The position numbers and the translations under genes were made by a program. 64,000 bases of DNA. Source: an uncultured Chlamydiae bacterium. Its GTDB lineage: Bacteria > Chlamydiota > Chlamydiia > Chlamydiales > Parachlamydiaceae. The notes below the pieces were generated by a model. That model did no database searches and was not told the DNA's origin. It was given only the letters and a program-made list of their open reading frames with translations. Below are positions 30,466 through 41,765 of this stretch, one piece after another. Every line of letters starts with the position of its first letter. The stretch's first letter is position 1. Location of the stretch: the NCBI GenBank assembly GCA_963754655.1, contig CAVWGN010000001.1:1376001-1440000 (forward strand), in the 5' to 3' direction.

Positions 30466-30494
30466 CTCCTTTCGGTCAACTTGACCGAAAGGAG
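30466..30494 (-). terminator. Hairpin just downstream of array-1 genes (representative copy)
   Basis: CTCCTTTCGGTCAA-C-TTGACCGAAAGGAG; variants lie ~20 nt after the stop of nearly every array-1 gene; no strong U tract. Confidence 0.55.
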
Positions 30495-30513
30495 TTAACA
30501 ACAAAGCATAATC

Positions 30514-31800
30514 TTAGCCATTTTCCTGAATGGCAGCCAAGACAATCTCTTGAATGGTTTTATGTGCATAGCGAAGAGCATCGGCATTTTGCTTAACGGC
30601 AGTCAAAACAATGTGTAGATCTTTTTTAAAGCTTTCATCTGCAAATGCGAGAGCCAAGCCACGTTGCTTAACGGCCGCCAAGACAATATCTTGATCTTTT
30701 TTAAGGATTTCATCTACATATTGAAGAGCATAGCCATTTTGCTGAACAGCAGCCAAGACAATCTCTCGATTTTTTTTTAGACTCTTATCTGCATGTAGAA
30801 AAGCCAAGCTATCTTGCTGAACGGCAGCCAAGACAATCTTTCGATCTTTTTTAAGGATTTCATCTGCCAATTGAAGAGCATTGCTATTTTCTTGAATGGC
30901 AGCCAAGACAATCTCTCGATCTTTTTTAAGGCTTTTATCTGCAAATTTAAGAACATAGCCAGTTTGCTGAACGGCAGCCAAGACAATCTCTCGATCTTTT
31001 TTAAGGCTTTCATCTGCATATTCAAGAGTCATGCCATTTTTCTGAACGGCAGCCAAGACAATCTCTCGATCTTTTTTAAAGCCTTCATCTATATCAAAAA
31101 CAGAAGCTCCGAAACAGCGAGCAACTTGAATTAAAATTTTTTTATCGTTAAGATTGCGAAATTTTTTAAGAGTAGAGATGATAGGTGTTTGTACATCGTG
31201 TAATCTTTGATTTTGAGCTCCTATATAAAACTTTTCGATAAAGTCATTTTTGATAATCGTTAACTTTTCTTCATCACTCCCTGATATAAGAGAGTTTAAA
31301 AGAGACAATTGATTTTCAGCAATCAGCTTGATGCGTTGATTGGCGCTGTTTTTGCAAACTTTAGGCTTCCATTTATAGCGATCCAAAAGAGAAAGAAATA
31401 AACTCTTTGATTGAAATAATTCTGAATCCATCACTAACAATTTTTCAAATGTTTTTCTTTCTCTAATGGCTCGATCAATTAATTTAAGTTCCTTAGATGT
31501 AAAATCCCTCTTTTGATCTGTGACGATACACTCTGGGGGAGGCGTAATAGTGAATCGATCACTGTGTGCAATTTGAAAAAGAGTCTGCAATAATGAGATG
31601 CAAGGATTTGCCTTAAGAACCCTTTCCCATTTTTTACAGGTAAGTAAAATAGAAGAAATATCATGTAAAGGCCGGTTCTTTTGATTGACAATCTGATCAA
31701 AAACAATGCCTAATATCTCATTAGGCATTGTATTTAAGAAGCATTCGAATTCCTCCGAATTGCTTTGCATTGTTTGTAAATTAAAACTAGTAATTTGCAT
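30514..31800 (-). CDS. F-box-like + DUF4116-type repeat protein (array 1, ~7 repeats)
   Basis: Paralog; variants NGM,TGY,NSN,DSL,NGY,RGL,NAD. Confidence 0.9.
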   Translation of the reverse strand: MQITSFNLQTMQSNSEEFECFLNTMPNEILGIVFDQIVNQKNRPLHDISSILLTCKKWERVLKANPCISLLQTLFQIAHSDRFTITPPPECIVTDQKRDFTSKELKLIDRAIRERKTFEKLLVMDSELFQSKSLFLSLLDRYKWKPKVCKNSANQRIKLIAENQLSLLNSLISGSDEEKLTIIKNDFIEKFYIGAQNQRLHDVQTPIISTLKKFRNLNDKKILIQVARCFGASVFDIDEGFKKDREIVLAAVQKNGMTLEYADESLKKDREIVLAAVQQTGYVLKFADKSLKKDREIVLAAIQENSNALQLADEILKKDRKIVLAAVQQDSLAFLHADKSLKKNREIVLAAVQQNGYALQYVDEILKKDQDIVLAAVKQRGLALAFADESFKKDLHIVLTAVKQNADALRYAHKTIQEIVLAAIQENG

Positions 31801-32176
31801 AATTATCCTTTAGTCGAATTGTTTAATTTAATATTTATTAGAATTTTTTTAATAAATAGAATATGATAGCAAATAAATTGATTTAGAAGGGGATTTATTT
31901 TTTTTATTGCTGCTAATTATAAACTGCTAATTTTCTCACATCTAGAAGTGGCCACTTTTGGAAATGAATTTTCAGAACAAGGGGGTTCTAACTAGGGGAG
32001 GTTTAATAGAGATGTCCGAGCCTATCACTCATCTATTAGCCCAAAAGTGATCAAGCCAATTGTCAAAAAGGTGAGTGTGGTAAATTCAAGGAATGAGAGA
32101 AAAAACCCTGCCTAATGTTAGAATTATCCTCTTTTCGGTCAACTTGACCGAAAAAAGTCTAACACAAAGCGTAAGC

Positions 32177-33319
32177 TTAGCCATTTTCCTGAATGGCAGC
32201 CAGAATAATCTCTTGAATGGTTTCATCTGCACATTGAAGAGCCCACCAGCCGCCTTGCTTAAAAGCAGCCAAAACAATCTGTATGTCTTTTTTAAGATTT
32301 TCATCTGCATACTGAAGAGCCATGCCATATTGTTTAACGGCAGCCAAGACAATCTCTCGATCTTTTTTAAGGGTTTCATCTGCATATTGAAGAGTATTGC
32401 CATCTTCCTGAACGGCAGCCAAGACAATCTCTCGATTTTGCTTTAGGGCTTCATCTGCAAATTGAAGAGCATAGCTATCTGCCTGAACAGCAGCCAAGAC
32501 AATTTCTTGATCTTTTTTAAGGCTTTGATCTGCATATTGAAGAGCCCAGCCACTTGGCTGAACGGCCGCCAAGACAATTTCTCGATCTTTTTTAAAGCTT
32601 TCATCTATATCAAAAACAGAAGCTCCAAAACAGCGAGCAACTTGAATAAAAACTTTTTTATTATTAAGATTACGAAATTTTTTGAGAGTAGAGATGACAG
32701 CTGTTTGTACCTCGTACCATCTTGGATCTTGAGCGCCAGAATAAAATTTTTCGATAAAGTCATTGTTGATAATAGTTAATTTTTCTTCATCACTGCCTGA
32801 TATAAGCGAATTTAAAATAGACAATTGATTTTCAGCAATCATCTTGATGCGTTTATTGATGCTATTTTTGCAAATTTTAGGGTTCCATATATAGCGATAC
32901 AAAAGAGAAAGAAATAAACTCTTGGATTGAAATAATGTTGAATCAATCATCAATAATTTTTCAAATGTTGTTGTTTCTCTGAGGGCTCGATCAATTAATT
33001 TAAGTTCCTTAGATGTAAAATTCTTCTTCTGATCTGTTGCAATACACTCTGAGGGAGGCATAATAGTGAATCGATCACTGTATTTAATTTGAAAAAGAGT
33101 TTGCAATAATGAGATACAAGGATTTGTCTTAAGAATCCTTTCCCATTTTTTACAGGTGAGTAAAATAGAAGAAATATCGCGTAAAGGTTGACTCTTTTGA
33201 TTGACAATTTGATCAAAAATAATTCCTAATATTTCATTAGGAATTAATATTTCTAAAAAACTTTGGAATTCCTCTGCAGTGTTTCGCATTGTTTGTGAAT
33301 AAAAGTTAGTAGTTTTCAT
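32177..33319 (-). CDS. F-box-like + DUF4116-type repeat protein (array 1, ~5 repeats)
   Basis: Paralog; variants SGW,DSY,DGN,YGM,GGWW. Confidence 0.9.
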   Translation of the reverse strand: MKTTNFYSQTMRNTAEEFQSFLEILIPNEILGIIFDQIVNQKSQPLRDISSILLTCKKWERILKTNPCISLLQTLFQIKYSDRFTIMPPSECIATDQKKNFTSKELKLIDRALRETTTFEKLLMIDSTLFQSKSLFLSLLYRYIWNPKICKNSINKRIKMIAENQLSILNSLISGSDEEKLTIINNDFIEKFYSGAQDPRWYEVQTAVISTLKKFRNLNNKKVFIQVARCFGASVFDIDESFKKDREIVLAAVQPSGWALQYADQSLKKDQEIVLAAVQADSYALQFADEALKQNREIVLAAVQEDGNTLQYADETLKKDREIVLAAVKQYGMALQYADENLKKDIQIVLAAFKQGGWWALQCADETIQEIILAAIQENG

Positions 33320-33492
33320 AATTATCCTTTTAATTTAATAATTTATTTTAATATTTATTAAAAATTTTTTAGTAAATAATTATAATAACAAACAAATTAA
33401 TTTATAAGTAGAGTTATTATTTTTTTTGTTGCTACTAATTAGAAATCGCTGCTTTTGGGAATGAGCCTCTAAAACAAGAAGGTTCTAGCTAG

Positions 33493-33989
33493 TACTCAAC
33501 CACATTAGTTTTGTGTATTTAGACTCTTCAAAGCCCCGGGGCTAGGGTGTTCATTTTGTGCAAAAAATGAGCTTTATTTTTCACAATAATTGGCATAGTT
33601 GAATAGAAGGTCGCATGTTTATGCCGTCCTTTCAGGACTCGATGTCTTTTTGATAGAACCCAGGCCTCCGCTTCGCTGCGACCTGGGCTGTAACATGACG
33701 GCCCTTCAGGCCTTAACAAAAAGATGATTTAGGGACTATAGAAGAGAGACTTAAACATCTCTTGTTAAGGCCTGAAGGGCCGTCATGTTACAGCCCAGGT
33801 CGCAGCGAAGCGGAGGCCTGGGTTCTATCAAAAAGACATCGAGTCCTGAAAGGACGGCATAAACATGCGACCTTCTATTCAACTATGCCAATTATTGTGA
33901 AAAATAAAGCTCATTTTTTGCACAAAATGAACACCCTAGCCCCGGGGCTTTGAAGCAGTCTAAATACACAAAACTAATGTGGTTGAGTA
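33493..33989. mobile_element. 497-bp fully palindromic MITE-like element carrying a family-A REP doublet (copy 2)
   Basis: Flanked by CTAG at 33489-33492 and 33990-33993; paralogous spacers (e.g. 25031-25050) show the empty site. Confidence 0.92.
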
Positions 33990-34176
33990 CTAGGTTAGGT
34001 TTAATAGAGATGTCCGAATCTATCACTCATCTATTAACCCAAAAAGTAATCAAGCCAACTGTCAAAAGTGAGCGTGGTAAATTCATAGAATGAGAGAAAG
34101 AACCTGCATGATATTAGAACTAGACTCCTTTCAGTTAATTTAACCGAAAAGGAGTCTAACAAAAAAAATCGTAAGC

Positions 34177-35832
34177 TTAGCCATTTTCCTGAATAGCAGC
34201 CAAGACAATGTCTCGAATGGTTTCGTGTACATAGGAAAGAACACGGTCAGTTTGCTTAACGGCCGTCAAAACAATTTGTAAATCTTTTTTAAAGCTTTCA
34301 TCTGCAGCTGCAAGAGCCCAACCACAGTCCTTAACGGCAGCCAAGACAATCTCTCGATCTTTTTTAAAGATTTCATCTGCAAAGTGAAGAGCTATGCCAC
34401 ATTGCTTAACGGCAGCCAAGACAATCTCTCGATCTTTTTGAAGGCTTTCATGTGCATATTGAAGAGCCCTGCCATCTTGCTGAATGGCAGCTAAGACAAT
34501 GTCACGATCTTTTGTAAAGCTTTCATCCGCATATTTAAGAGCTGTGCCGTAGCACTGAACGGCAGTCAAAACAATCTGTAGAGCTTTTTTAAGACTTTCA
34601 TCTGCCAATTTAAGAGCTAAGCCATTTTGCTGAACGGCCGCTAAGACAATCTCTCGATCTTTTTTAAGGCTTTCATCTGCATATTGAAGAGCATAGCCAT
34701 CTTGCTGAACGGCCGCCAAGACAATCTCTTGGTTTTTTTTAAGGCTTTCATCTGCATATTGAAGAGCATAGCCATTTTGCTGAACGGCCGCCAAGACAAT
34801 TTCTCGATCTTTTTTAAGGCTTTCATCTGCATATTGAAGAGCATAGCCATCTTGCTGAACGGCCGCCAAGACAATCTCTTGGTTTTTTTTAAGGCTTTCA
34901 TCTGCATATTGAAGAGCATAGCCATTTTGCTGAACGGCCGCCAAGACAATCTCTCGATCTTTTTTAAGGCTTTCATCTGCATATTGAAGAGCTTGGAGAC
35001 TAGCCAAGAACATTTCTTGATCTTTTTCAAAGCTTTCACCTGCATATGCAAGAAACCGGACCTTTTGCTGAACGGCAGCCAAGACAATCTCTCGATCTTT
35101 TTTAAAGCTTTCATCTATATCAAAAACAGAAGCTCCGAAACAGCGAGCAACTTGAATAAAAACTTTTTTATCATCGTTAAGATTGCGAAATTTTTTAAGA
35201 GTAGAGACAACAGATTTTTTTATGTCGTAATCTCTTAGATATTTACCGCCCAAATAAAATTTTTCGATAAAGTCATTTTTGATAACGGTTAATTTTTCTT
35301 CATCACTCCCTGATAGAAGAGAATTTAAAATAGACAATTGATTTTCAGCAATCATCTTGATGCGTTGATTGGCGCTGTTTTTGCAAACTTCAGGGTTCCA
35401 TAGATAGTGATGTAAAAGAGAAAGAAATAAACTCTCTGATTGAAATAATTCTGAATTTATCATCAACAATTTTTCAAATGTTTTTCTGCTTCTGATGACT
35501 TGATCAATCAAATTAAGCTCTTGAGATGTAAAATCACTCTTTTGACCATTTATGACGATACACTCCCGGGGAAGAGTAATGGTGAATCGATCACTGTGTG
35601 TCATTTTAAAAAAAGTCTGCAATAATGAGATGCAAGGATTTGTCTGAAGAACCCTTTCCCATTTTTTACAGGTGAGTAAAATAGAAGAAATATCGCGTAA
35701 AGGCTGGCTCTTTTGATTGACAACCTGATCAAAAATAATTTCTAATATCTCATTAGGCATTGTATTTAAGAAGAATTCGAATTCCTCTGAAGTACTTTGC
35801 TTTGTTTGTGAATGAAAGTTAGTAATTTGCAT
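34177..35832 (-). CDS. F-box-like + DUF4116-type repeat protein (array 1, ~12 repeats)
   Basis: Paralog; includes a recent two-repeat tandem duplication (NGY,DGY x2) and an atypical KVRF/short unit. Confidence 0.9.
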   Translation of the reverse strand: MQITNFHSQTKQSTSEEFEFFLNTMPNEILEIIFDQVVNQKSQPLRDISSILLTCKKWERVLQTNPCISLLQTFFKMTHSDRFTITLPRECIVINGQKSDFTSQELNLIDQVIRSRKTFEKLLMINSELFQSESLFLSLLHHYLWNPEVCKNSANQRIKMIAENQLSILNSLLSGSDEEKLTVIKNDFIEKFYLGGKYLRDYDIKKSVVSTLKKFRNLNDDKKVFIQVARCFGASVFDIDESFKKDREIVLAAVQQKVRFLAYAGESFEKDQEMFLASLQALQYADESLKKDREIVLAAVQQNGYALQYADESLKKNQEIVLAAVQQDGYALQYADESLKKDREIVLAAVQQNGYALQYADESLKKNQEIVLAAVQQDGYALQYADESLKKDREIVLAAVQQNGLALKLADESLKKALQIVLTAVQCYGTALKYADESFTKDRDIVLAAIQQDGRALQYAHESLQKDREIVLAAVKQCGIALHFADEIFKKDREIVLAAVKDCGWALAAADESFKKDLQIVLTAVKQTDRVLSYVHETIRDIVLAAIQENG

Positions 35833-36185
35833 AATTATCCTTTAATTTAATATTTATTATTAATTTTTAGTAAATAGGTATATTAACAAATAAATTGATT
35901 TAGAAGAAGGTTTTTTTATTGCTGTTAATTAGAAATTGCCGCTTTGTCCTATTTAGAAATAGCCCCTTTTGGAAATGAATTTCTAGAACAGGAAGATTCT
36001 AACTAGGGAAGCTTTAATAGTAATGTTTGAATCTATCAATCATCTAGTAACTAAAAAGTGATCAAGCCAACTGTCAAAAAGTGAGTATGGTAAATTCAAG
36101 GAATGAGAGAAAGCCTCTGCAGGTTGTTATAACCAAACTCCTTTCGTTCAAGTGACCGAAAGGAGAATAACAAACAATCATAAGC

Positions 36186-37751
36186 TTAGCCATTTTCCTG
36201 AATGGCAGCCAAAACAATCTTTTGAATGGTTTTATCTGCATAGCGAAGAGCATCGGCCTTTTGCTTAACGGCAGCCAAAACAATCTATAGATCTTTTTTA
36301 AGGGTTTCATCTGCATATTCAAGATTCCCGCCATTCTTCTTAACGGCCGCTAAGACAATTTCTCGATCTTTTTTAAGGGTTTCATCTGCAAATTGAAGAT
36401 TAAAGCCTTTTTTCTGAACGGCCGCCAAGACAATCTCTTGAATGGTTTCATCTACATAGCGAAGAGCTCTACCATTTTACTGAACAGCAGCCAAGACAAT
36501 CTGTAGATCTTTTTTAAGGCTTTCATGTGCATATTGAAGAGCATGGCCATTTTTCTGAACGGCAGCTAAGACAATCTTTTGATCTTTTTGAAGGTTTACA
36601 TCTGCATATTTAAGAGATATGCCCTGTTGCTGAACGGCTGCCAAGACAATGTCACGATCTTTTTTAAGGGTTTCATCCGCGTAGAGAAGAGCAGTGCCAT
36701 TTTGCTGAACGGCCGCCAAGACAATCTCTCGATCTTTTTTAAGGCTTTCATCTGCATATTGAAGAGCATAGCCATTTTGCTGAACGGCCGCCAAGACAAT
36801 CTCTGGATCCTTTTTAAGGCTTTTATCTGCATATTGAAGAGCATAGCCATTGTGCTGAACGGCCGCCAAGACAACCTCTCGATCTTTTTTAATGCTTTCA
36901 TCTGCAAATTGAAGAGCTTGGAGGCTAGCCAAGACCATCTCTTTTTCAAAGCTTTGACTTGCACATGCAAGAAACCGGACCTTTTGCTGAACGGCAGCCA
37001 AGACAATCTCCCGATCTTTTTTAAAGTCTTCATCTATATCAAAAACAGAAGCTCCGAAACAGCGCGCAACTTGAATAAAAACTTTTTTATCATCGTTAAG
37101 ATTGCGAAATTTTTTAAGAGTAGAGATGACAGATGTTTTTACGTAGTACCCGCTTGGATATTTAGCGCTCAAATAAAATTTTTCGATAAAGTCATTTTTG
37201 ATAATGGTTAATTTTTCTTCATCGCTCCCTGATAGAAGAGAATTTAAAATAGACAATTGATTTTCAGCAATCATCTTGATGCGTTGATTGGCGCTGTTTT
37301 TGCAAACTTCAGGCTCCCATAGATAGTGATGTAAAAGAGAAAGAAATAAACTCTCTGATTGAAATAATTCTGAATTTATCATTAACAATTTTTCAAATGT
37401 TTTTCTTTCTCTGATGACTTGATCAATCAAATTAAGCTCTTGAGATGTAAAATCACTCTTTTGACCATTTGTGACGATACACTCCCGAGGAAGAGTAATA
37501 GTGAATCGATCACTGTGTGTCATTTTAAAAAAAGTCTGCAATAATGAGATGAAAGGATTTGTCTGAAGAACACTTTCCCATTTTTTACAGGTAAGTAAAA
37601 TAGAAGAAATATCGCTTAAAGACTAGCTCTTTTGATTGACAATCTGATCAAAAATAATTTTTAATATTTCATTAGGCATTGTATTTAAGAAGAATTCGAA
37701 TTCCTCTGAAGTGCTTTGCTTTGTTTGTGAATGAAAGTTAGTAATTTGCAT
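36186..37751 (-). pseudogene. F-box-like + DUF4116-type repeat pseudogene, three in-frame nonsense codons
   Basis: Frame intact from ATG 37751 to TAA 36186 (1566 nt) except TAG 37623-37625, TAA 36477-36479 and TAG 36285-36287, each where paralogs have CAG/CAA. Confidence 0.88.
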
Positions 37752-38124
37752 AATTATCCTTTAATTTAATAATTAATTTTAATAGCTATTATCAATTTTT
37801 TAATAAACGATTATTATAACAAGTAAAATAATTTAGAAGGAGATTTATTTTTTTTATTGCTTCTAATTAGAAATTGCTAATTTTCTCACATTTAGAAGTG
37901 GCCACTTTTGAAAATGAATTTTCAGAAAAAGGAAATTCTAACTAAGGGAGGTTTAATAGAGATGTCCGAGCCTATCACTCATCTATTAGCCCAAAAGTGA
38001 TCAAGCCAATTGTCAAAAAGGTGAGTGTGGTAAATTCAAGGAATGAGAGAAAAACCTGCCTAATGTTAGAATTATTCTCCTTTCGGTCAACTTGACCGAA
38101 AGGAGTCTAACACAAAGCGTAAGC

Positions 38125-39645
38125 TTAGCCATTTTCCTGAATGGCAGCCAAGACAATCTCTTGAATGGTTTCATGTGCATAAGGGAGAGTATCGACATTT
38201 TGCTTCACGGCGGCTAAGACAATTTGTAGATCTTTTTTAAAGCCTTCATCTGCAAATGCGAGAGCCAAGCCAAACTGCTTGACGGCAGCTAAGACAATTG
38301 CTCGATCTTTTTTAAGAGTTTCATCTACATATTGAAGAGCATAGCCATTTTGATGAACTGCAGCCAAGACAATCTCTCGATCTTTTTTAAGGCTTTCATC
38401 TGCATATTCAAGGGCCCAGCCATCTTGTTGAACGGCCGCCAAAACAATCTCTCGATCTTTTTTAAGGCTTTCATCCGCATATCGAAGAGCTATTCCAGTT
38501 TGCTTAATAGCAGCCAAAGCAATCTCTCGATCTTTTTTAAGGCTTTTATCTGCATATTGAAGAGCATAGCCATCTTGCTGAACGGCAGCCAAGACAATCT
38601 CTCGATCTTTTTTAAGGCTTTCATCTGCATATTCAAGGGCCCAGCCATCTTGTTGAACGGCAGCCAAGACAATCTCTCGATCTTTTTTAAGGGTTTCATC
38701 TGCATATTTAAGAGCCCAGCCATTTTGCTGAACCGCAACCAAGACAATCTCTCGATCTTTTTTAAGGGTTTCATCTGCATATTGAAGAGCCCAGCCATTT
38801 TGCTGAACCGCAATTAAGACAATCTCTCGATCTTTTTTAAGGGTTTCATCTACCAATTTAAGAGCTAAGCCTTCTTGCTTAACGGCAGCCAAAACAATTT
38901 CTCGATCTTTTTTTAAGCTTTCATGTATATCAAAAATGGAAGCTCCGAAACAGCGAGCAACTTGAATAAATTTTTTTTTATCGTTAAGGTTGAGGAATTT
39001 TTTAAGAGTAGAGATGATAGATGTGTGTATATCATGTAATCTTTGATGGTGCGCGCCCGAATAAAATTTTTCGATAAGGTCATTTTGAATAACGGTTAAT
39101 TTTTCTTCATCACTCCCTGATAGAAGAGAATTTAAAATAGACAATTGATTTTCAGCAATCATCTTGATGCGTTGATTGGCGCTGTTTTTGCAAACTTCAG
39201 GGTTCCATGAATGGCGATCCAAAAGAGAAAGAAATAAACTCTTTGGGTGAAATAATGCTGAATCCATCATCAACAATTTTTCAAATGCTGTTATTTCTCT
39301 ACAGGCTGGATCAATCAATTTAAGTTCCTTAGATGTAAAATCCTTCTTTTGGCTTTGGTTTGTCGCGATACACTCTTGAGGAGGCGTAATAGTAGTGAAT
39401 CGATCACTGTGTGTAATTTGAAAAAGAGTCTGCAATAATGAAATGCAAGGATTTGCTTTAAGAATCCCTTCCCACCTTTTACAGGTAAGTAAAATAGAAG
39501 AAATATCGACTAAAGGCTGTCTTTGTTGATTGACAATCTGATCAAAAATAATATCCAATATCTCATTAGGTATTATATTTGAAAATAATTGGAATTCCTC
39601 CGAAGTGCTTTGCCTTATGTGTGAATGAAAGTTAGTAATTTGCAT
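38125..39645 (-). CDS. F-box-like + DUF4116-type repeat protein (array 1, ~10 repeats)
   Basis: Paralog; variants EGL,NGW,NGW,DGW,DGY,TGI,DGW,NGY,FGL,NVD. Confidence 0.9.
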   Translation of the reverse strand: MQITNFHSHIRQSTSEEFQLFSNIIPNEILDIIFDQIVNQQRQPLVDISSILLTCKRWEGILKANPCISLLQTLFQITHSDRFTTITPPQECIATNQSQKKDFTSKELKLIDPACREITAFEKLLMMDSALFHPKSLFLSLLDRHSWNPEVCKNSANQRIKMIAENQLSILNSLLSGSDEEKLTVIQNDLIEKFYSGAHHQRLHDIHTSIISTLKKFLNLNDKKKFIQVARCFGASIFDIHESLKKDREIVLAAVKQEGLALKLVDETLKKDREIVLIAVQQNGWALQYADETLKKDREIVLVAVQQNGWALKYADETLKKDREIVLAAVQQDGWALEYADESLKKDREIVLAAVQQDGYALQYADKSLKKDREIALAAIKQTGIALRYADESLKKDREIVLAAVQQDGWALEYADESLKKDREIVLAAVHQNGYALQYVDETLKKDRAIVLAAVKQFGLALAFADEGFKKDLQIVLAAVKQNVDTLPYAHETIQEIVLAAIQENG

Positions 39646-40020
39646 AATTATCCTTTAATTTAATAATTTAATTTTAATAGCTATTATCAATTTTTTAATA
39701 AACGATTATTATAACAAGTAAAATAATTTAGAAGGAGATTTATTTTTTTTATTGCTGCTAATTAGAAATTGCTAATTTTCTCACATTTAGAAGTGGCCAC
39801 TTTTGAAAATGAATTTTCAGAAAAAGGAAATTCTAACTAAGGGAGGTTTAATAGAGATGTCCGAGCCTATCACTCATTTATTAACCCAAAAGTGATCAAG
39901 CCAAATGTCAAAAAGTGAGCATGGTAAATTCAAGGAATAAAAGAAAAACGCTGTATGATGTTAGAATTATCCTCCTTTCGGTCAACTTGAACAAAAGGAG
40001 TCTAAGAAAAAATCGTAAGC

Positions 40021-41391
40021 TTAGCCATTTTCCTGAATAGCAGCCAAGACAATCTCTTGAATGGTTTCATCTGCATAGCGAAGAGCGTCGCCTCGTTGCT
40101 GAACGGCAGCCAAGACAATCTCTCGATCTTTTTTAAAGCTTTCATCTACATACATAAGAGCCCAGCCATTTTGCTTAACGGCAGCTAAGACAATCTCTCG
40201 ATCTTTTTTAAAGCTTTCATCTGCAAATTGAAGAGCCCAGCCATTTTTCTTAACGGCAGCCAAGACAATCTCTCGATCTTTTTTAAAAGGTTTATCTGCA
40301 TGTTGAAGAACACTGCCATGTTGCTGAACAGCAGCCAAGACAATCTCTCGATCTTTTTGAAGGCTTTCATGTGCATATTGAAGAGCATAGCCTCTTTGCT
40401 GAACGGCAGCCAAGACAATCTCTCGATCTTTTTTAAGGGTTTCATCTGCATATTCAAGGGCCCAGCCATCTTGCTGAACGGCAGCCAAGACAATCTCTCG
40501 ATCTTTTTTAAGGGTTTCATCTGCATATTGAAGAGCATAGCCACTTTGCTGAACCGCAACCAAGACAATCTCTCGATCTTTTTTAAGGGTTTCATCTACC
40601 AATTTAAGAGCTAAGCCTTCTTGCTTAACGGCAGCCAAAACAATTTCTCGATCTTTTTTAAAGCTTTCATGTATTCCAAAAATGGAAGCTCCGAAACAGC
40701 GAGCAACTTGAATAAAAACTTTTTTATCGTTAAGGTTGAGGAATTTTTTAAGAGTAGAGATGATAGATGTGTGTATATCATATAATCTTTGATGGTGCGT
40801 GCCCGAATAAAATTTTTCGATAAGGTCATTTTGAATAACGGTTAATTTTTCTTCATCACTCCCTGATAGAAGAGAATTTAAAATAGACAATTGATTTTCA
40901 GCAATCATCTTGATGCGTTGATTGGCGCTGTTTTTGCAAACTTCAGGGTTCCATGAATGGCGATCCAAAAGAGAAAGAAATAAACTCTTTGGGTGAAATA
41001 ATGCTGAATCCATCATCAACAATTTTTCAAATGCTGTTATTTCTCTACAGGCTGGATCAATCAATTTAAGTTCCTTAGATGTAAAATCCTTCTTTTGGCT
41101 TTGGTTTGTCGCGATACACTCTTGAGGAGGCGTAATAGTAGTGAATCGATCACTGTGTGTAATTTGAAAAAGAGTCTGCAATAATGAAATGCAAGGATTT
41201 GCTTTAAGAATCCCTTCCCACCTTTTACAGGTAAGTAAAATAGAAGAAATATCGCCTAAAGGCTGTCTTTGTTGATTGACAATCTGATCAAAAATAATAT
41301 CCAATATCTCATTAGGTATTATATTTGAAAATAATTGGAATTCCTCCGAAGTGCTTTGCCTTGTGTGTGAATGAAAGTTAGTAATTTGCAT
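40021..41391 (-). CDS. F-box-like + DUF4116-type repeat protein (array 1, ~8 repeats)
   Basis: Paralog; variants EGL,SGY,DGW,RGY,HGS,NGW,NGW,RGD. Confidence 0.9.
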   Translation of the reverse strand: MQITNFHSHTRQSTSEEFQLFSNIIPNEILDIIFDQIVNQQRQPLGDISSILLTCKRWEGILKANPCISLLQTLFQITHSDRFTTITPPQECIATNQSQKKDFTSKELKLIDPACREITAFEKLLMMDSALFHPKSLFLSLLDRHSWNPEVCKNSANQRIKMIAENQLSILNSLLSGSDEEKLTVIQNDLIEKFYSGTHHQRLYDIHTSIISTLKKFLNLNDKKVFIQVARCFGASIFGIHESFKKDREIVLAAVKQEGLALKLVDETLKKDREIVLVAVQQSGYALQYADETLKKDREIVLAAVQQDGWALEYADETLKKDREIVLAAVQQRGYALQYAHESLQKDREIVLAAVQQHGSVLQHADKPFKKDREIVLAAVKKNGWALQFADESFKKDREIVLAAVKQNGWALMYVDESFKKDREIVLAAVQQRGDALRYADETIQEIVLAAIQENG

Positions 41392-41765
41392 AATTATCCT
41401 TTAATTTAATAATTTAATTTTAATAGCTATTATCAATTTTTTAATAAACGATTATTATAACAAGTAAAATAATTTAGAAGGAGATTTATTTTTTTTATTG
41501 CTGCTAATTAGAAATTGCTAATTTTCTCACATTTAGAAGTGGCCACTTTTGAAAATGAATTTTCAGAAAAAGGAAATTCTAACTAAGGGAGGTTTAATAG
41601 AGATGTCCGAGCCTATCACTCATCTATTAGCCCAAAAGTGATCAAGCCAATTGTCAAAAAGGTGAGTGTGGTAAATTCAAGGAATGAGAGAAAAACCTGC
41701 CTAATGTTAGAATTATTCTCCTTTCGGTCAACTTGACCGAAAGGAGTCTAACACAAAGCGTAAGC

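Noticed and set aside
12860..33953. 63-aa MLRPEGP... ORFs in five places
   Set aside because: Translations of palindromic REP arms, mirrored on both strands, with TTG starts and no evident RBS
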